Shown here: piece by piece, positions 13,801 to 27,345 of the stretch
How positions within the stretch are numbered: position 1 is the stretch's first letter
How the letters are laid out: each line of letters starts with the position of its first letter
Source of the DNA: Tubiluchus corallicola
Lineage: Eukaryota; Animalia; Priapulida
NCBI GenBank assembly: GCA_030141605.1
Contig: JAQGDQ010001270.1
Coordinates: forward strand, 1-50,770
Direction: 5' to 3'
DNA length: 50,770 nucleotides
Position numbers and translations under genes: made by a program
Notes under the pieces: model-generated
What the model was told of the DNA's origin: nothing
The model's database searches: none
What the model saw: the letters and a program-made list of their open reading frames with translations, nothing else

Positions 13801-14223
13801 TTGATATATTGCACTACATATTACTGCAAGATCAGCCGCTAGATGGTGCTAATCTTCAGAATTCAAGGAGCTCTTAATTAACTGACAGCATGCAGATTTC
13901 TAAAGCATTGTGAACTGTATCGTTAAAAGTCACCTAAGTTAATAAAAGTGTTTGGGGGAAAAATCGTTAAAAATTTCTGTAAATAAAATAAAATTAATTA
14001 GCTTTCAGTGTGTGACTACCATGTAATTTCCAAACTACCAGATGCACCAGAACAAGTGTCATTGTAGTATACGCTTAATGAGATTTCTAGTATGAATATG
14101 GAGCAATTAATTGAAATAGGACTTGGTCTTGGTATTAATTTATACCAAGCCTCTATAAATGTGTTTTTATATAAAGCTCTGTGTTTAATATTCCGAGTAA
14201 AATTTATGCCTTATTTTTGATAG

Positions 14224-14484
14224 ACAAACCACGCACTGCAAATCTCCGCATTATTACTGGAAGTACAGAGATTGTAATGTTATTAACATTGGAGCTGAAA
14301 TGTGAAACTGATGCTAATCCACCACCAACCTTCACCTGGAAACTGGATGGAAATATTTTACCTGACACAGGTGATGTTCTGAGAAGATCCGTTGTAAAGA
14401 CTCGGGATGATGGAAAATACGAGTGCGAAGCAGCAAACACTCTTGGTTCAGTCACGTCTAACAAAATAGATGTTTCTGTGAAGA
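14224..14484 (+). CDS. Immunoglobulin-domain (I/C2-set-like) exon, symmetric phase 1-1
   Basis: LKCETDANPPPTFTWKLDG...DDGKYECEAANTLG carries the canonical Ig C, W and DxGxYxC. TTTGATAG| acceptor, A|GTAAGT donor, 261 bp. Confidence 0.9.
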
Positions 14485-16635
14485 GTAAGTTTTACGTGTC
14501 TCTCTATAGAATCTGATACTTTTAGCAGCACTGAATATGTAGAATTTTTCTATATTTACCTGTGATTTTTATATGAACCCAGTTCACTGATCTTTCACAA
14601 ATCATCAGTATCCATTCGACTAATCATTCCGTGAGATAATTATTTTTCTTATCACATCACTTTGTTGTTTACAAGAATTTTTAGTGTCACTAGTCTTATT
14701 GTTTTGATGCTCACATGGGGGTACCACAATTACACAGTCATGTTCCAGAAAGTATCCACTAAAAAACTACATCTCAAAAGTTTATGTTAGACATTTTCTT
14801 GGTTAACAATCTGATTACTTCAATTTATATTTTTATTTTCACAAATTCATTTTTAATTCTCTCTAGTGCAACAAGCTTTTGTTGTCTTACTTCCTTATCC
14901 TGCAAAGGGTCTCTAAGCCTCTGACTTGGGTTGGCTAATGTGTTTTACTTTCCCCTTTGTGCTTCACTCTCAATGCATGTTATGAACAAATCTAGCAATA
15001 TCCAGAATTGCTTGCATGAGTCACTGAGGGTTGATGTGAGCAACTCGACAGAGCGAAACTGTTCATAGAACAACAGAGGAGTTTATTTGCCCATTTGCTC
15101 ATCCTGATATCATAAATGCAAAGAACACGATGTAACGCCATGTTTATAGACAACGCACTCTTATTCTCAATGTCATGAAAAGGAGGCACGATCGTCCTAT
15201 AAATGAGGTGTAACACGTGGTTCTGGGGTTCTTTGGTGTTAGATAACTTTCTACTAGAAACTGGAGTCAGGCTAAAGCTTTGTTTTTTGGGGCACATGGA
15301 ACCCGAGCCTAGGAGAATTAATGAGCTAGCGATATTCAATGGCTGGTAGAAAACCAAAAATAGTTATTAAGCTGTATATAACAAAATTTAATTGACCACT
15401 GCTTTAATCGATTTCTACCAGTAAGAAAGACATAGATAGTATTAACAGTCAATCACAGTACAGCAAATAAGCAGATATATTCCCTAGCCTAATAATAGAG
15501 AAGGGTGGTGTTAATGGGGGGGGGTATCACGCGCAAATGATGACGCACTGTCGATAACGGCAATCCAATGATGACCATACACACGGAATTATGTTAGCTA
15601 GCAAACGCTGAACAAAAGAACAAAATTCTTGGCTTACCAAACACGATGTGAAATCATGTGAAACGGCAGCTGCTAAACTGTGGGGTAACATCCTAGGATT
15701 CACTAATAATGGTTTGATCCACCAGCAATCGGCTGTCCACCATAAACTTCAGCTTGACTTCAAGTTTAGACGACAGGCTGTTGACCGAAAAAGATAGTGA
15801 CGCGTACTGCCAATAGTGAAAAATCAGAGGATGATCATTTTACGTGACCGAAACCTTTCAATAACGGCCGACTGGCTGTCAGATTTCACATCTCTGGTTA
15901 TAGGTGTAAAGTATGTATCGTTTATACTTCATACCTGTACAGGTTTTACACGTTTGAAAACAGCCACGAGTATGGCAGGTATTGCAGAACACAACCACGA
16001 CGAGGGGGTGTTAGTAGTACTCGTACGCTGCTCCAGTAATTAGGCTAATAATACAGTACTACTATAGTGACTACTATAATGTAAGCAAATTACACTAGCA
16101 AGTGCTACAGCTATCACTATAAAGAACTTGACTGTGAATGAACTTGAAAGGTGACAAACAAGTAAACAAAAAGTGTCGTGAATAATGGATGGTTTGTCAC
16201 ACACGTAACAGATAAGCAATAATGCTAACATGTCAACCTTAAATTTAAAAAAAACATTTCAATATGCACAATAATTCACTGATCTTGTTGCCCATTGGCC
16301 AATTTTATGTAGTTTCGATTCTTTCTTAGTTGTAGTTTTGTTTATGCCTCCTCCTATTCCTGTCCTAATTTTAGGGCAAACCATCCTGGGTTACAAAGTT
16401 CAGCCCTTCATGCTGAGTCGCCATTGACGGCACAATGATGGTTAACAACGTATTGATATGAGTTCACAATGATTGATGCACTGAATAGATTGTGGCTAAT
16501 CCATGTTGTTGGTGCCAAATTACCCTGGATAATGGAAAGGATGGTGATAATTGCGGAAACATCTTTGACTGTGATTACATAATAATATTGACCAGCTCGT
16601 GATGATAATGATGACAAGTAATATTTTTATTTCAG

Positions 16636-16746
16636 CCTTCGCTTTCTCTGTTTATTATCCAGAGAGCAGCACTGGAAGGCCAGGACACATTATGAAATTT
16701 ATAGGGACAAACATCAATCATGGACACGCATATTCGTCGTCCACGG
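16636..16746 (+). CDS. Globular C1q domain exon 1
   Basis: FAFSVYYPESSTGRPGHIMKFIGTNINHGHAYSSSTG fits the gC1q AF...F...N.G..Y...TG pattern. TTTCAG| and G|GTATGT, phase 1-1. Not in the ORF track. Confidence 0.85.
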
Positions 16747-19117
16747 GTATGTGGTTTGCTATAAGTTAACAATGCGTCCCAACAAGAAATAATATAATAT
16801 TTGCTTCTATCGTCATACCATCTAAACATTATTGAAATTTTCTGGCTGACATTTCATTCCACACAACATTAACGGCCTAGCAGGATTTATTGGAAAATCC
16901 CACAGGAAAAACTAACCTCATATTCCTTGCTATAACTGTGTGGAATTCTCATAATCTGTTGTATTGATTATCATTATTACCCATTTTCAGTCTCAAAAAA
17001 GGTTTTATTGAAACAATAACAAAGTTACAAGGAAACATCCTCTCAGATGTGGAAGCACTGATCCTCCCTAGAACATTGTTACTTTCTTATAATTGTAAAA
17101 TAACGTTATACTTAATGAAAGCAGACAGAATACAAAACAATTACTTGTATTTTCGGCATGATAAGATTTCTCTAGCATTTTTATTATTTTTATTATCGTT
17201 CTAGACGTGTTTCAGCCTACTAAGAGCTTCTTCAGGGTTTTGATTTGAAAATGCTGTAAATTAACAGAACATAGATGCTTGCACGCACGCTGTGTGTGTG
17301 TTTTGATGCATGGGGAGCCCTAACTGTAAATCATGGCACCCCAGTCCATTGACTTACTACGTTTCAAATATAGACAGCCTGATTGATCTTAGTTCAGCAT
17401 GTTTGAATCTTAGGATTTTTATAAAACAACGATTTTAAATTTTCAAATGTTAAAGCTTTTAAATTGTTTCATAAACTGAAATGATATGAATATGACAAAC
17501 TTATTTATTTTCAGTGTTTTATTGTCATAACGCTGGTTATGCTTTTTCACCATGCTTGTGTTTAGATAGGCCTACGCATTAATTTGATTTGCAAAGTTTT
17601 TAAAAGTTATTTAGCCTAGGTGCTCCAAAGGGACATAATCCGCCCCTGGCTATGTCCTATATTAGAATTCCAGGAACTTTTTTGCAAGACAACCCTTCAC
17701 TTCACAATCAGAGAACTGCTTGAATTCATATAATTATTTACGGGAGACAATCGTAATCCTGGTATATCAACGTATGAAAACTATTTGCTATCAGATTCAT
17801 GTTATTTGTTCATGTTTATGTTGGATTTGTTATAAAAATCGTGGAATTCCCTGTGCGTTTGACAAGAGCACTAGCATTCGTATTTTACAGAGAAGCAATC
17901 TAACCAAGGCGTTATAGCCGTAGTATTAAAACTGCATTGGCTGGCTAAAGGCTAGTTCACACTTTACCATTGCAGTTGATGTCTCTGTTACCTGCCAAGC
18001 TATGATGATTCATACTGATGAACCATTACGTAATGCAGATCGTATGAATTGCTTAACAGATAATGGATGATCTGAATACATTTATTACATTTATTTTTAC
18101 ATACTCTACAGAAACAGCTGAGACATACTTTGTTGGTAGTTTTCTAAGTCGAATCGCTGTTATAAAAAACTGTTGTTACGTGAAATACGACGATTGACTT
18201 TAACTTAATTGAACAAGAAAATGAGATTATTTTCAGCTTTTACTTTTGAATTCGGTAATCGTTTCGCATAATTGTTTTTCTCTAAGACTAAGTTTTTTAG
18301 TCTGTTTTGCATTTTAGTCTCTGAGGGTGGTGATTCTGACTTTCTCCCAATCAAAGAGGGAACTTCTTTGTCAGGATTGAGGGGGCGTGGACGGTCATTG
18401 ATCTCAGTGCTGGAGTAGGCTAATGACCAAAATTAAAATTAAATTAAAAAAACGAAATTAAACATGGTTAAACGTAAATGCTGACAAGGGAATGCAGTAA
18501 ACCTCTCAGGTGTGCATGTGAATGTGCCTTTATCTAGATTAGATTGAAATTCTGACTGTGTAGTAGTAAAAACAACTAATCACATGCACAAAGGGAGCTT
18601 ATGAAAAGGGAAGGTGTACTGTAGATCCTTGTCAGTGGTCAGTGGTGTTCTCTCATCCAGCTCTGTTTACACTCTCAGGCTTTGCAACAAACGAGCCACC
18701 TGTGTCATTTTTTCCAGAGTTGTCATTTCGGTAAGCTGCGTATGCAATGTGCTTAATAATAAATCGATAATTCAATTTAATTCAATTATATGAATCAGTA
18801 ATTTTGTTTCAGCTTAAACATTTGTTAGCTTAATCATAAACCTGCAACGTAACTCTGTTAGGGCTGCAGTATCATCCTCCCTGCTTCTGTTGCAAATAGA
18901 CAGCAGTTCAATATTTTGATTTTTAAATGCATATTTTTCTTCAGCGCTAAGATTTTATGTACTATAGTACACAGTATGAATAAATTTTACATTACGTTAC
19001 ACAAGAAAAGAACAAAGATCACATATGTGCACCTTTGGATTAACTTCTGGGTACTTTTTAATTAAATTTATACGTTAGATGAAGACTTAAACATTAATTT
19101 GGTTTTTTACTTTACAG

Positions 19118-19246
19118 GAAAATTCACAGCTCCTATCAAAGGCACTTACTCATTTGCAGTGAATCTGTTTGCGAAGAGAAGCTATTATAATTATGTTGCC
19201 TTTCTTAAGCATAATTGGAGTACAGTTGCGTATATCTCTCATCCAG
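19118..19246 (+). CDS. Globular C1q domain exon 2
   Basis: GKFTAPIKGTYSFAVNLFAKRSYYNYVAFLKHNWSTVAYISHP carries the gC1q GxFTxPxxGxYxF signature. TTTACAG| and G|GTAAGC, phase 1-1. Confidence 0.9.
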
Positions 19247-21342
19247 GTAAGCTTGTTTAGTAAACTGTTTGCAATCAAGCACCCTGTCTACATCCATGCT
19301 GACAAATTCATTACTCAAGAGTTTTAACTAAATAATTTTTTACATAAACTAATTTTCTACAATAATGTCATATTCATTAAGTTTCATTCGTTCATTTGTT
19401 CATTCATTCACAAGTTGTTGACGGTCCATCCCATTTGTCAATTACTTATTGATTGTTTAAAGTTCACTCACCTTATTTGCAATTCTAGTTTAATTATTCA
19501 TTAACATAATTATGCTTTCTTCATTTTAATTCGTTTGGTAATAATAATTTGTAAAAAGAAGTACTGTTATACTTAAACAAAAATGCATAAGTGAAACACA
19601 TAAAATAATTAAAAATACTGTTCTGTCTTCGGTACTTGCCACCAGGGTAGTTGTAATAGCTCCTGGATGGTTTGAACCAGAGCTATCGGTGGGCGAGACG
19701 CCATGGTTTGAGTACCTCATCCTGAAACGAGATTAGTGAACCAAATGCCTGGGAGTCATTAATTAGCATTGATTAAGTGACATAAGCCCCGCTCATAATC
19801 TTGACTAATTTAGTGATTTTGTAAAATTAAAATGTTAATGTAAGAAAGAATTTTTGTAATTGGAATGAACAACTAGCTGGCTAAACATAAAACATAAAAA
19901 AGGAATCTACCCTTGAGGGGTTACTTCACATTGGCACCCAAACAGTTAGGAGACAGGATCATGAAGGGATTAGGCTTGTCCTGTTTGGCGCTCAAACTAA
20001 CACCAGTAACCCCTGAACTCAAGGAATAAGAATGCGGCACTTGTTTTTATAGATTTTGCACAGGTAAAATAGGTAAGTATTTAAATTTCAGCCAATCACA
20101 AGGTAGGATTTGTGAATTTCGTTCAGGTAAAATTATTGAATTTCGATTTATAGATGTTTTTATTTTGAAGAGCCTTTAAAATAACATTCACGTAACATGT
20201 TCTGTGTCCTTTAGTGAACGAAAGTTTAAACGCATAATAGGGCAAAAGCTCCGCCCCCTCCCTTTAAAATGAAAGCTCCCACTTTGAATGGAGTTAACAC
20301 AATAAAGGAAAGCTGAATAATGCCTTCTGCAACGTGACAACAAGATTTTCAAACGCAGTGCAAAAGGAAGATAACAGTTTCTGTTGCATAATTTCAAATA
20401 TCATTAGTCTGCGCAAGAGGCTACAAAATTATTTAGTAGAGTTAAAGATTTTCTTTTAGTCGGTTGACTTTAGATGAAATATTGATTCGTTTAAGTTTTA
20501 CTTTATTGGCAGGTTTTATTGGTGCACCCTTAATTACGAATTTGCAAATCTAAAGTGCTGTAAAAAGTGATTTATGTATTTATTTATGGAGCAAGAGCAC
20601 TTTAAGTTAATACAGAAAAATACTGGCTGCAACCAGTCTCATCTCTTGGTTGGTGGTTAACACCAGGCTTAGTTGTTCAGCATTAAGCAACAGCTAACGA
20701 TTCCAGTTGTGCAACTAACTGGTGAGACTTCAGTGGAATGTTTGCCAGCATGCAAGTTTCAATTTCCAACTGTGTAAGACTATCATTCAGCAGAGGATAA
20801 AATGTCTGCCACAAGTCAGGTTGCCAAAAACAGGTTTCTTCACTGAAACTTCTTGTTACATTTCTGAAAAATTTTATACTCAGAATTTCTAATGCAATAA
20901 AATAGTAGGTACATTTTACAGGTGTAAGCTAAATTATAAGTAGAAAGTTTACTGAAATAAGAAGCCAAGCCCAAAATTTACATTTGAAAAGTGGGGAGAG
21001 GTCGGTAAGTTGACTGTCGAGAGGAAAAATGATTCATTGGGGTTGTCATTGGTTGAAATACTAGGTAGGTGAATGCAGGTAAAACTGATTGCTCAGGTTA
21101 CATTGTCTGCTGATTTCTCTCAAATTGGTCAGCCCAGACAGGAGATGGCAGAGACTTTAGCAAATTTCATGTTCGAGTCAACTCCAGCAGGACCAATTTA
21201 TTTTAGCCGTTTTGGGGCAAGAGGAGAACTTTGGGAAAGACTACCTAGCAGCCAATCAAATATCATTTGCCTTGTTGATTACTCCGGGATCATAACGAAA
21301 ATTGAAGTACAATCCTTCTGTAAAATACTTAGTGTGTTGTAC

Positions 21343-21592
21343 TAAAACTAAGCAAGTTTTAGGATAAAAACTCGAAATTTTAAATTTACTGCTGCGCTCA
21401 AGCATGAACTGTCAAACGTGTGAAGTTGGTCACAAACTAACACATCTAGCAAAATTTAATGACGAAATGCCTGTGTCGTAAGAATTTTTTCACATAAGTA
21501 ATTTTTGAAAAAAAGAGCATGCTTTCGTTCAATATTTTACAAATTAAATTATTTTGATCTACAGTTTAAGATTGAGTCCGATTTTGCCTTTA
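21343..21592 (+). mobile_element. Dispersed repeat family, copy 1 (probable non-autonomous DNA element)
   Basis: Collinear similarity to 39233-39592: AAACTA..AAGTTTTA.GATAAAAA, AAACTAACACATCTA, TTTTGA.CT.CAGTTTAAGA.TG.GTCCG.TTTTGC. Confidence 0.7.
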
Positions 21593-22519
21593 GTGTCGAG
21601 GGGGTCATATAGTTTAGGAGTGGGCATCTTAGGTCACAGTACGAGCAGTTTAAGGTCCTACAGGTAAGACCTTACAGTGTAACCCACAGGAGCCGAAGAC
21701 TACATGGAATTTTTAGATTCGGAAAGAGGCTCTCGAATAGGGCAGCAGGCCAGTAATGATGCATCGGGCTGAGGGATGGCAGGAAAGAAACTCCACGTTA
21801 TTTCCTCATCGCTGTCTTGTTAAGTACGGTGTGGTCTGTAAGGTGGTGGGGAATGACCAAAGGTGTCCAATTGCACTTCAGCTTCACCATCTATTGAGGT
21901 TAAGAGACGGTAGTTCTGTCTTTTCAACAAAGTCTTGTGCAATTTTATTCCTGGGTTCGAGTTCAGGGGTCTCGTCTGACTTGGGCATTCTAAGAAATCG
22001 GATGCTGATGTTGATGCATTTTCTACTTGCAGAACTGTGGAAAAAATTAATAGGGAATTGCTGGAGATAAATAATAACATATCCGCAGGCTCCATAAATG
22101 ATGCTTTGCAAATAATATAAACCGATTTTGTCTATTCCGCATCCACCAAAATGCAACTGCATCTGCACGTTACGTAAAGGCCACGTAAAATGATGTACGT
22201 CATTGAGTTGGTCCTCTAAAGTTTTTACATAGCCTGCAAAATTGAGGCAATCAAAATTAGAAAACAGTCACTACATCACAACTATGGCATGACAGCCACT
22301 CATCATCATTCTGTCTGCATTACAATATACAAAACATTAAAATTTAATACCGCAGGTTGAAAAACTTGGTTTAATGAAATACTACAATAATTAATCAAAT
22401 TAAACAAAAAATATTCAAATTAGTTAAAATAAATCTGTCTAGTTTGTGTGCTTTAACTTTTTAAATGCTAATTTAGTTAACCAGCTGTAATATAATGGAT
22501 TACCATGATCACCAGGGAA

Positions 22520-22575
22520 TGTGGTGCTGAGCGTTTGCCTTGCAAGCAATAGGGTGCTAGTTCAAATCCATCCTG
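22520..22575 (+). mobile_element. tRNA-Ala-like (TGC) remnant, probable SINE head or tRNA pseudogene
   Basis: GAGCG-TTTGC-CTTGCAA-GCAAT anticodon-arm-like segment followed by B-box GTTCAAATCC; no intact acceptor stem. Confidence 0.45.
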
Positions 22576-22745
22576 CATATAACTTTTTCGTATTTCCTAT
22601 TTTTCAAGTTTGGTATCTAAATTTTATAAATTCTTGGTTTGTGATGTTAACAATAATCCTGACATTGAGATAAACTGATGCATCCTTGTGACTAGTATTT
22701 GCTCTTACACAAGTTGTACTTAAAAATATTATTATTTTGTTGCAG

Positions 22746-22891
22746 GTGATGATCTCTGGCTTGAAATAACAAAGACTATTATTCTTCATCTCGAAACAGG
22801 AGATGAAGTTTATGTCACATATGGGAGTGATGGTTCCACCATTCAGAATGCTTCTTATGGAAGCATATTCAATGGCTACTTAGTTTGCTAA
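22746..22891 (+). CDS. Globular C1q domain terminal exon
   Basis: GDDLWLEITKTIILHLETGDEVYVTYGSDGSTIQNASYGSIFNGYLVC* matches LxLxxGDxVxV...FxGxL. TTGCAG| acceptor, phase 1. Confidence 0.9.
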
Positions 22892-25720
22892 GATTTTTCC
22901 CAAATTGTATTTAATCTCAAACAAAATTTTTGGATGGGTCACCGCAACATCATCATGCCAGAATTTCTGAATTTATAATTAATATTAATCAGCAGGGTTA
23001 GACTTATCTACCCTGCCATTAGCTGGTACAACACACTAAGCTTTGTTAAGCAGTTCTTATAAGGTAAATTTTGTAAGTTTTGTATGAACAATGATACTTT
23101 TTTCTCAAGTACGATTCATAGGGAAAAATCATTTTCATTGCATGTTTATCAAACAACGAATATTCTATAAGATTTTGTGCTTTGTAAAATAGTGTTATAG
23201 GTAATGCACTTTAACAAATTTGGCATCCATAAATATTCATATATAAATATATCTTACAGATTTATTGATGATAGCTTTCTTTTTTATTAAATTAAATTTC
23301 ACGTGATTGATTTTCTTATTAAAATTTAAAGTTCAATTCAAAGTAAAATTTATAGTTTGATACTTAACTTCAACTACCTTCCATGAATCTGTCTGTTATC
23401 TATATATTTGAAGCCAACATACCATTTGTCAAGTGCCGTTTGAAATTTCAAGTTAAATTAAAGAATTACATTGAATTGCCTTTATTATCTGCATAGATAG
23501 AGCAACATTTTTAATTCTCTAACATATTTATATATATTTATATATATATATCTTAGTGCAACTCGTTTTTCATCAAGTTAAAGACTGTTGTTAAAGCAAA
23601 CTTTTATCAAAAAGAGCAACGCTGAACTTGCATTTTTGGTGAATCTTAGTGAGCACAAAACACAATGCACTAGTACACCACAAACATTTATAGCTTTAAC
23701 AAATATTAAATAATCACATTCATTGAAGGAAAGTTCTGTTCAATATTTGAGTAGATTTCGTGCATAGAATTAACAAATATATTAACAATAATAGCAATTA
23801 TTCACGTATAGTATGGCAAGTATCTTTCAGTGCTTCTATCTTGTGCCATAAACTATAGCCTGAGTACGCAAGTGTAAAAAACACTGTAGGCCTAATCTCT
23901 GTAGTATAATACTATACTTAGCAAAATTAATAATACATACAACAACATAACGACATTAAAACGTACATTTCAACACAAAACTAAACGTATAATAACATCA
24001 CAAACTAGAAAGTACATCACACAAAAACATCATGTTCTTAATAATGTAATACATCAAAATATTACACTTACGAGAGAGTACACAGCACTAACAATGTACA
24101 CGTGGCAATAACTACAATTTTATCATTAATTGTTGGTTTAATTTGTTTTCTTGTAACCTCATTGGGTTTCTATTATACCCCTCTTAACTGGCTGTTCGTC
24201 CAATAAAAGTTATAAGGAAATTAAGTTTAAACAATGTGAAAATAAAAAAATATAATCCTCAACAAATTCTGATTGATGAGCGAAATCAATTTCACTCAAA
24301 TCACCTTGAATTCTTTTGCAATGGCAACTGCAAACCTTTTAATCAGAATTTTTCTATATTATTATATTATACAAAAAAATGAAAGGAGTACTGCCAAGTA
24401 CCTTGGCAAGTTCTTACAAAACGAATAATAGTAATGCAATTGACAAAATCTTAAAACTAATCAAGGCACCGTCAGCTGCATCAGTCTTCGAATTATACAT
24501 CCCCCAGTTCAGTTTTAAACTTAAAATTGCATATATAATATCCTTAAATCAGTTTTATGAATGAAAGTGAAAATGCAACAAAAACATGCTGAGTGCATTC
24601 AGCAAATTCAACTAGTGGCATCATCTACATTAAATTTTGATAATGAAAAATACACTTATATACCTTTAGCTTTTCTAATTTTTCCATTATGCTGAAATGC
24701 AGATGACATAACGAATGAGACTGATAGTTAAGGTTACATAAAAACTTTGATATTTGTATCGATGTAAGGTACCAAAAAGCAAAACAAATTTATATATGAA
24801 ATGCACACATCAGTATGAATTAAAATCAATCAACATTGCTGCCATTTGAGCTCTCATAGTAAAGAAATGTGTTAGCATTGCTAAGCATGTGTTATATTAC
24901 TAAAAAAGAAATCGATAACGTATCAATTTAAAGAAATTTAAAGCATCTTCGAGTTAACCACATTGGTAGTTCACTTGTTTTCACACTGTATGATTGTGCA
25001 AGTCCATCAGACGAAACTTTCACAGCAACAACCTAACGCCTTGCTATTTGTATGTTTAATTGTTAAAATTCAACATGGAACAACTACCGAAGCATAACAT
25101 GATTATTTAGCTTGATCTTGTCTGCAGTAAGATGCAAGTTGTACAATAAACAAAGAAAATCATGAGACCTAGCCAAGAGTTGAATGTTTGAAGACACGAG
25201 GTTGTTACATCAACGTCAATTTGAAATACTCCTTTATTACGTTTCTGTAACTCACAATAATTTTATGATAAAACGATTATTTTATCCTACAATAACCGCC
25301 TAGAACGTATTCAACTGTCATGCATTTTATTCTTGCTGTTGACTAGCTGCCTGAAAATTTTGCTTCCGGGGATGATTGCCCCCTGCCTTTGCCACGCCTC
25401 TGTGCAAAGGCCGCTGAAAATGGCCTCTGTACAACTGTCATGTGGAGAAACTGATACAAGATGGTTGTACTAGTCGGAATTTGATACTAAATAGCTGACA
25501 ATTGAAAACTAGTAAACAAATTTTTGGTCACTTGCAGTTTTGTTAACACAAAAAACATGAAACCTTTGAAAAGTAACTAATTGAGCAGCTTAGCAGACAA
25601 ATCACTGATTCTTATATGCTGGACAATCTCATTTTTTTTCTCTGACCACTAACCAGGGGCAGAGCAAACATTATTAGTGCCCTCCAAAGCTACAGAAAAC
25701 TAACTTCCTGTTTCGATACG

Positions 25721-26641
25721 TGATAAGCCAGTGATAAGCCATTCAAAGAAGCCAGTGACAAAACATTCATAGAAGCCAGTGACAAGTCCTTCAAATAAGC
25801 CAGTGATAAGCCATTCAAAGAAGCCAGTGACAAGCCTTCCAAAGAAGCCAGTGACAAGCCATTCAAAGAAGCCAGTGACAAGCCATTCAAAGAAGCCAGT
25901 GACAAAACATTCATAGAAGCCAATGACAAGCCATTCAAAGAAGCCAGTGACAAGCCTTTCAAAGAAGCCAGTGACAAGCCTTCCAAAGAAGCCAGTGACA
26001 AGCCATTCAAAGAAGCCAGTGACAAGCCATTCAAAGAAGCCAGTGACAAAACATTCATAGAAGCCAGTGACAAGCCATTCAAAGAAGCCAGTGACAAGCC
26101 TTTCAAAGAAGCCAGTGACAAGCCATTCAAAGAAGCCAGTGACAAGCCATTCAAAGAAGCCAGTGACAAGCCTTTCAAAGAAGCCAGTGACAAGCCATTC
26201 AAAAAAGCCAGTGACAAGCCTTCCAAAGAAGCCAGTGACAAGCCATTCAAAGAAGCCAGTGACAAGCCATTCAAAGAAGCCAGTGACAAAACATTCATAG
26301 AAGCCAGTGACAAGCCATTCAAAGGAGCCAGTGACAAGCCATTCAAAGAAGCCAGTGACAAGCCCTTCAAAGAAGCCAGTGATAAGCCATTCAAAGAAGC
26401 CAGTGACAAGCCATTCAAAGAAGTCAGTGACAAGCCATTCAAAGAAGTCAGTGATAACCCATTCAAAGAAGTGAGTGATAAGCCTTTCAAAGAAGCCAGT
26501 GACAAGCCATTCAAAGAAGCCAGTGATAAGCCATTCAAAGAAGCCAGTGATAAGCCTTTCAAAGAAGCCAGTGACAAGCCTTTCAAAGAAGCCAGTGACA
26601 AGCCATTCAAAGAAGCCACTGACAAACCTTTCATAGAAGCC
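25721..26641. repeat. 24-bp minisatellite, about 38 copies, with higher-order structure
   Basis: Unit AAGAAGCCAGTGACAAGCCATTCA; variant unit AAACATTCATAG recurs at 25761, 25905, 26049 and 26289. Confidence 0.95.
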
Positions 26642-26856
26642 TCTCACAAGTTACAAACGGGAAAAAAATCCCATGCTGCCCGTCATTGTTTTGTAAAAAT
26701 ACAGTCTGAAGAAACATGCAAGCATTTGAGTTTTTAACACTAACAACTAAATTAGTAAAGACACAACATTTTTCTGAAAACGAGATTTCAAGCAGGAATT
26801 TTTGTGACCCCAGTTTAGGCAACTGAGTCGGGGACTGGCACCTAAACATTTGTAGC

Positions 26857-27345
26857 TTAACTTTTTAACGCCTTGGCTCTATCTCCAACTCTTCCTGAAG
26901 CTGGACGCTTGCACTTATGCTTGGACACTGGGTCAGGTAAGTTCTGGTCAAGCCTTGCTTTCTTCCTTGCACTAGGACCAGAACTTTCAGACTCTAAGGT
27001 CAAACCATCGTCTTTCCTCACCAGTTTTGTGGCTTCCACGAGACATTCGTCTACCAAGGCTGCCCAATTTCTGAACTGACCTGGGTTGTCAGCATCTTTG
27101 CTGAATTTGTAAGTCAAGTCAATTACCTGTTTCAAAGTGGACCTTGCTGATATCAGGCTACATTTAAACTGGTTACGCCTCAGTGGTAATTCACTAATTG
27201 CGCAGTTTACTGTCCCATCAGACACATCTTCCATCGTGTCACTATCAGACATCTCTTGGTATTCCCTCTGGATTGAAATCAGGTCATTAATTTTAGAGAA
27301 GCGCCGCCTATGTTTATACTTTGTAATTAAATTGGAAAAGTCCAT
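26857..27345 (-). CDS. Non-repetitive 162-aa ORF or exon of unknown function, possibly a transposon-derived C-terminal region
   Basis: Long ORF for this AT content, with protein-like composition and a basic NLS-like PSARKKAR. Possible acceptor ATTTGTAG| near 27362. Resemblance to C-termini of SWIM/MULE-type proteins is from memory only. Confidence 0.4.
   Translation of the reverse strand: MDFSNLITKYKHRRRFSKINDLISIQREYQEMSDSDTMEDVSDGTVNCAISELPLRRNQFKCSLISARSTLKQVIDLTYKFSKDADNPGQFRNWAALVDECLVEATKLVRKDDGLTLESESSGPSARKKARLDQNLPDPVSKHKCKRPASGRVGDRAKALKS

Noticed and set aside
14992-15357. 121-aa minus ORF as a recombinase or transposase remnant
   Set aside because: No catalytic motif could be identified.
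21820-22233. Nested minus-strand gene in the C1q intron
   Set aside because: Overlapping short ORFs with no recognisable motif; more likely decayed mobile DNA.
22520-22575. Functional tRNA-Ala gene
   Set aside because: Acceptor and T stems do not pair; kept only as a SINE-like remnant.
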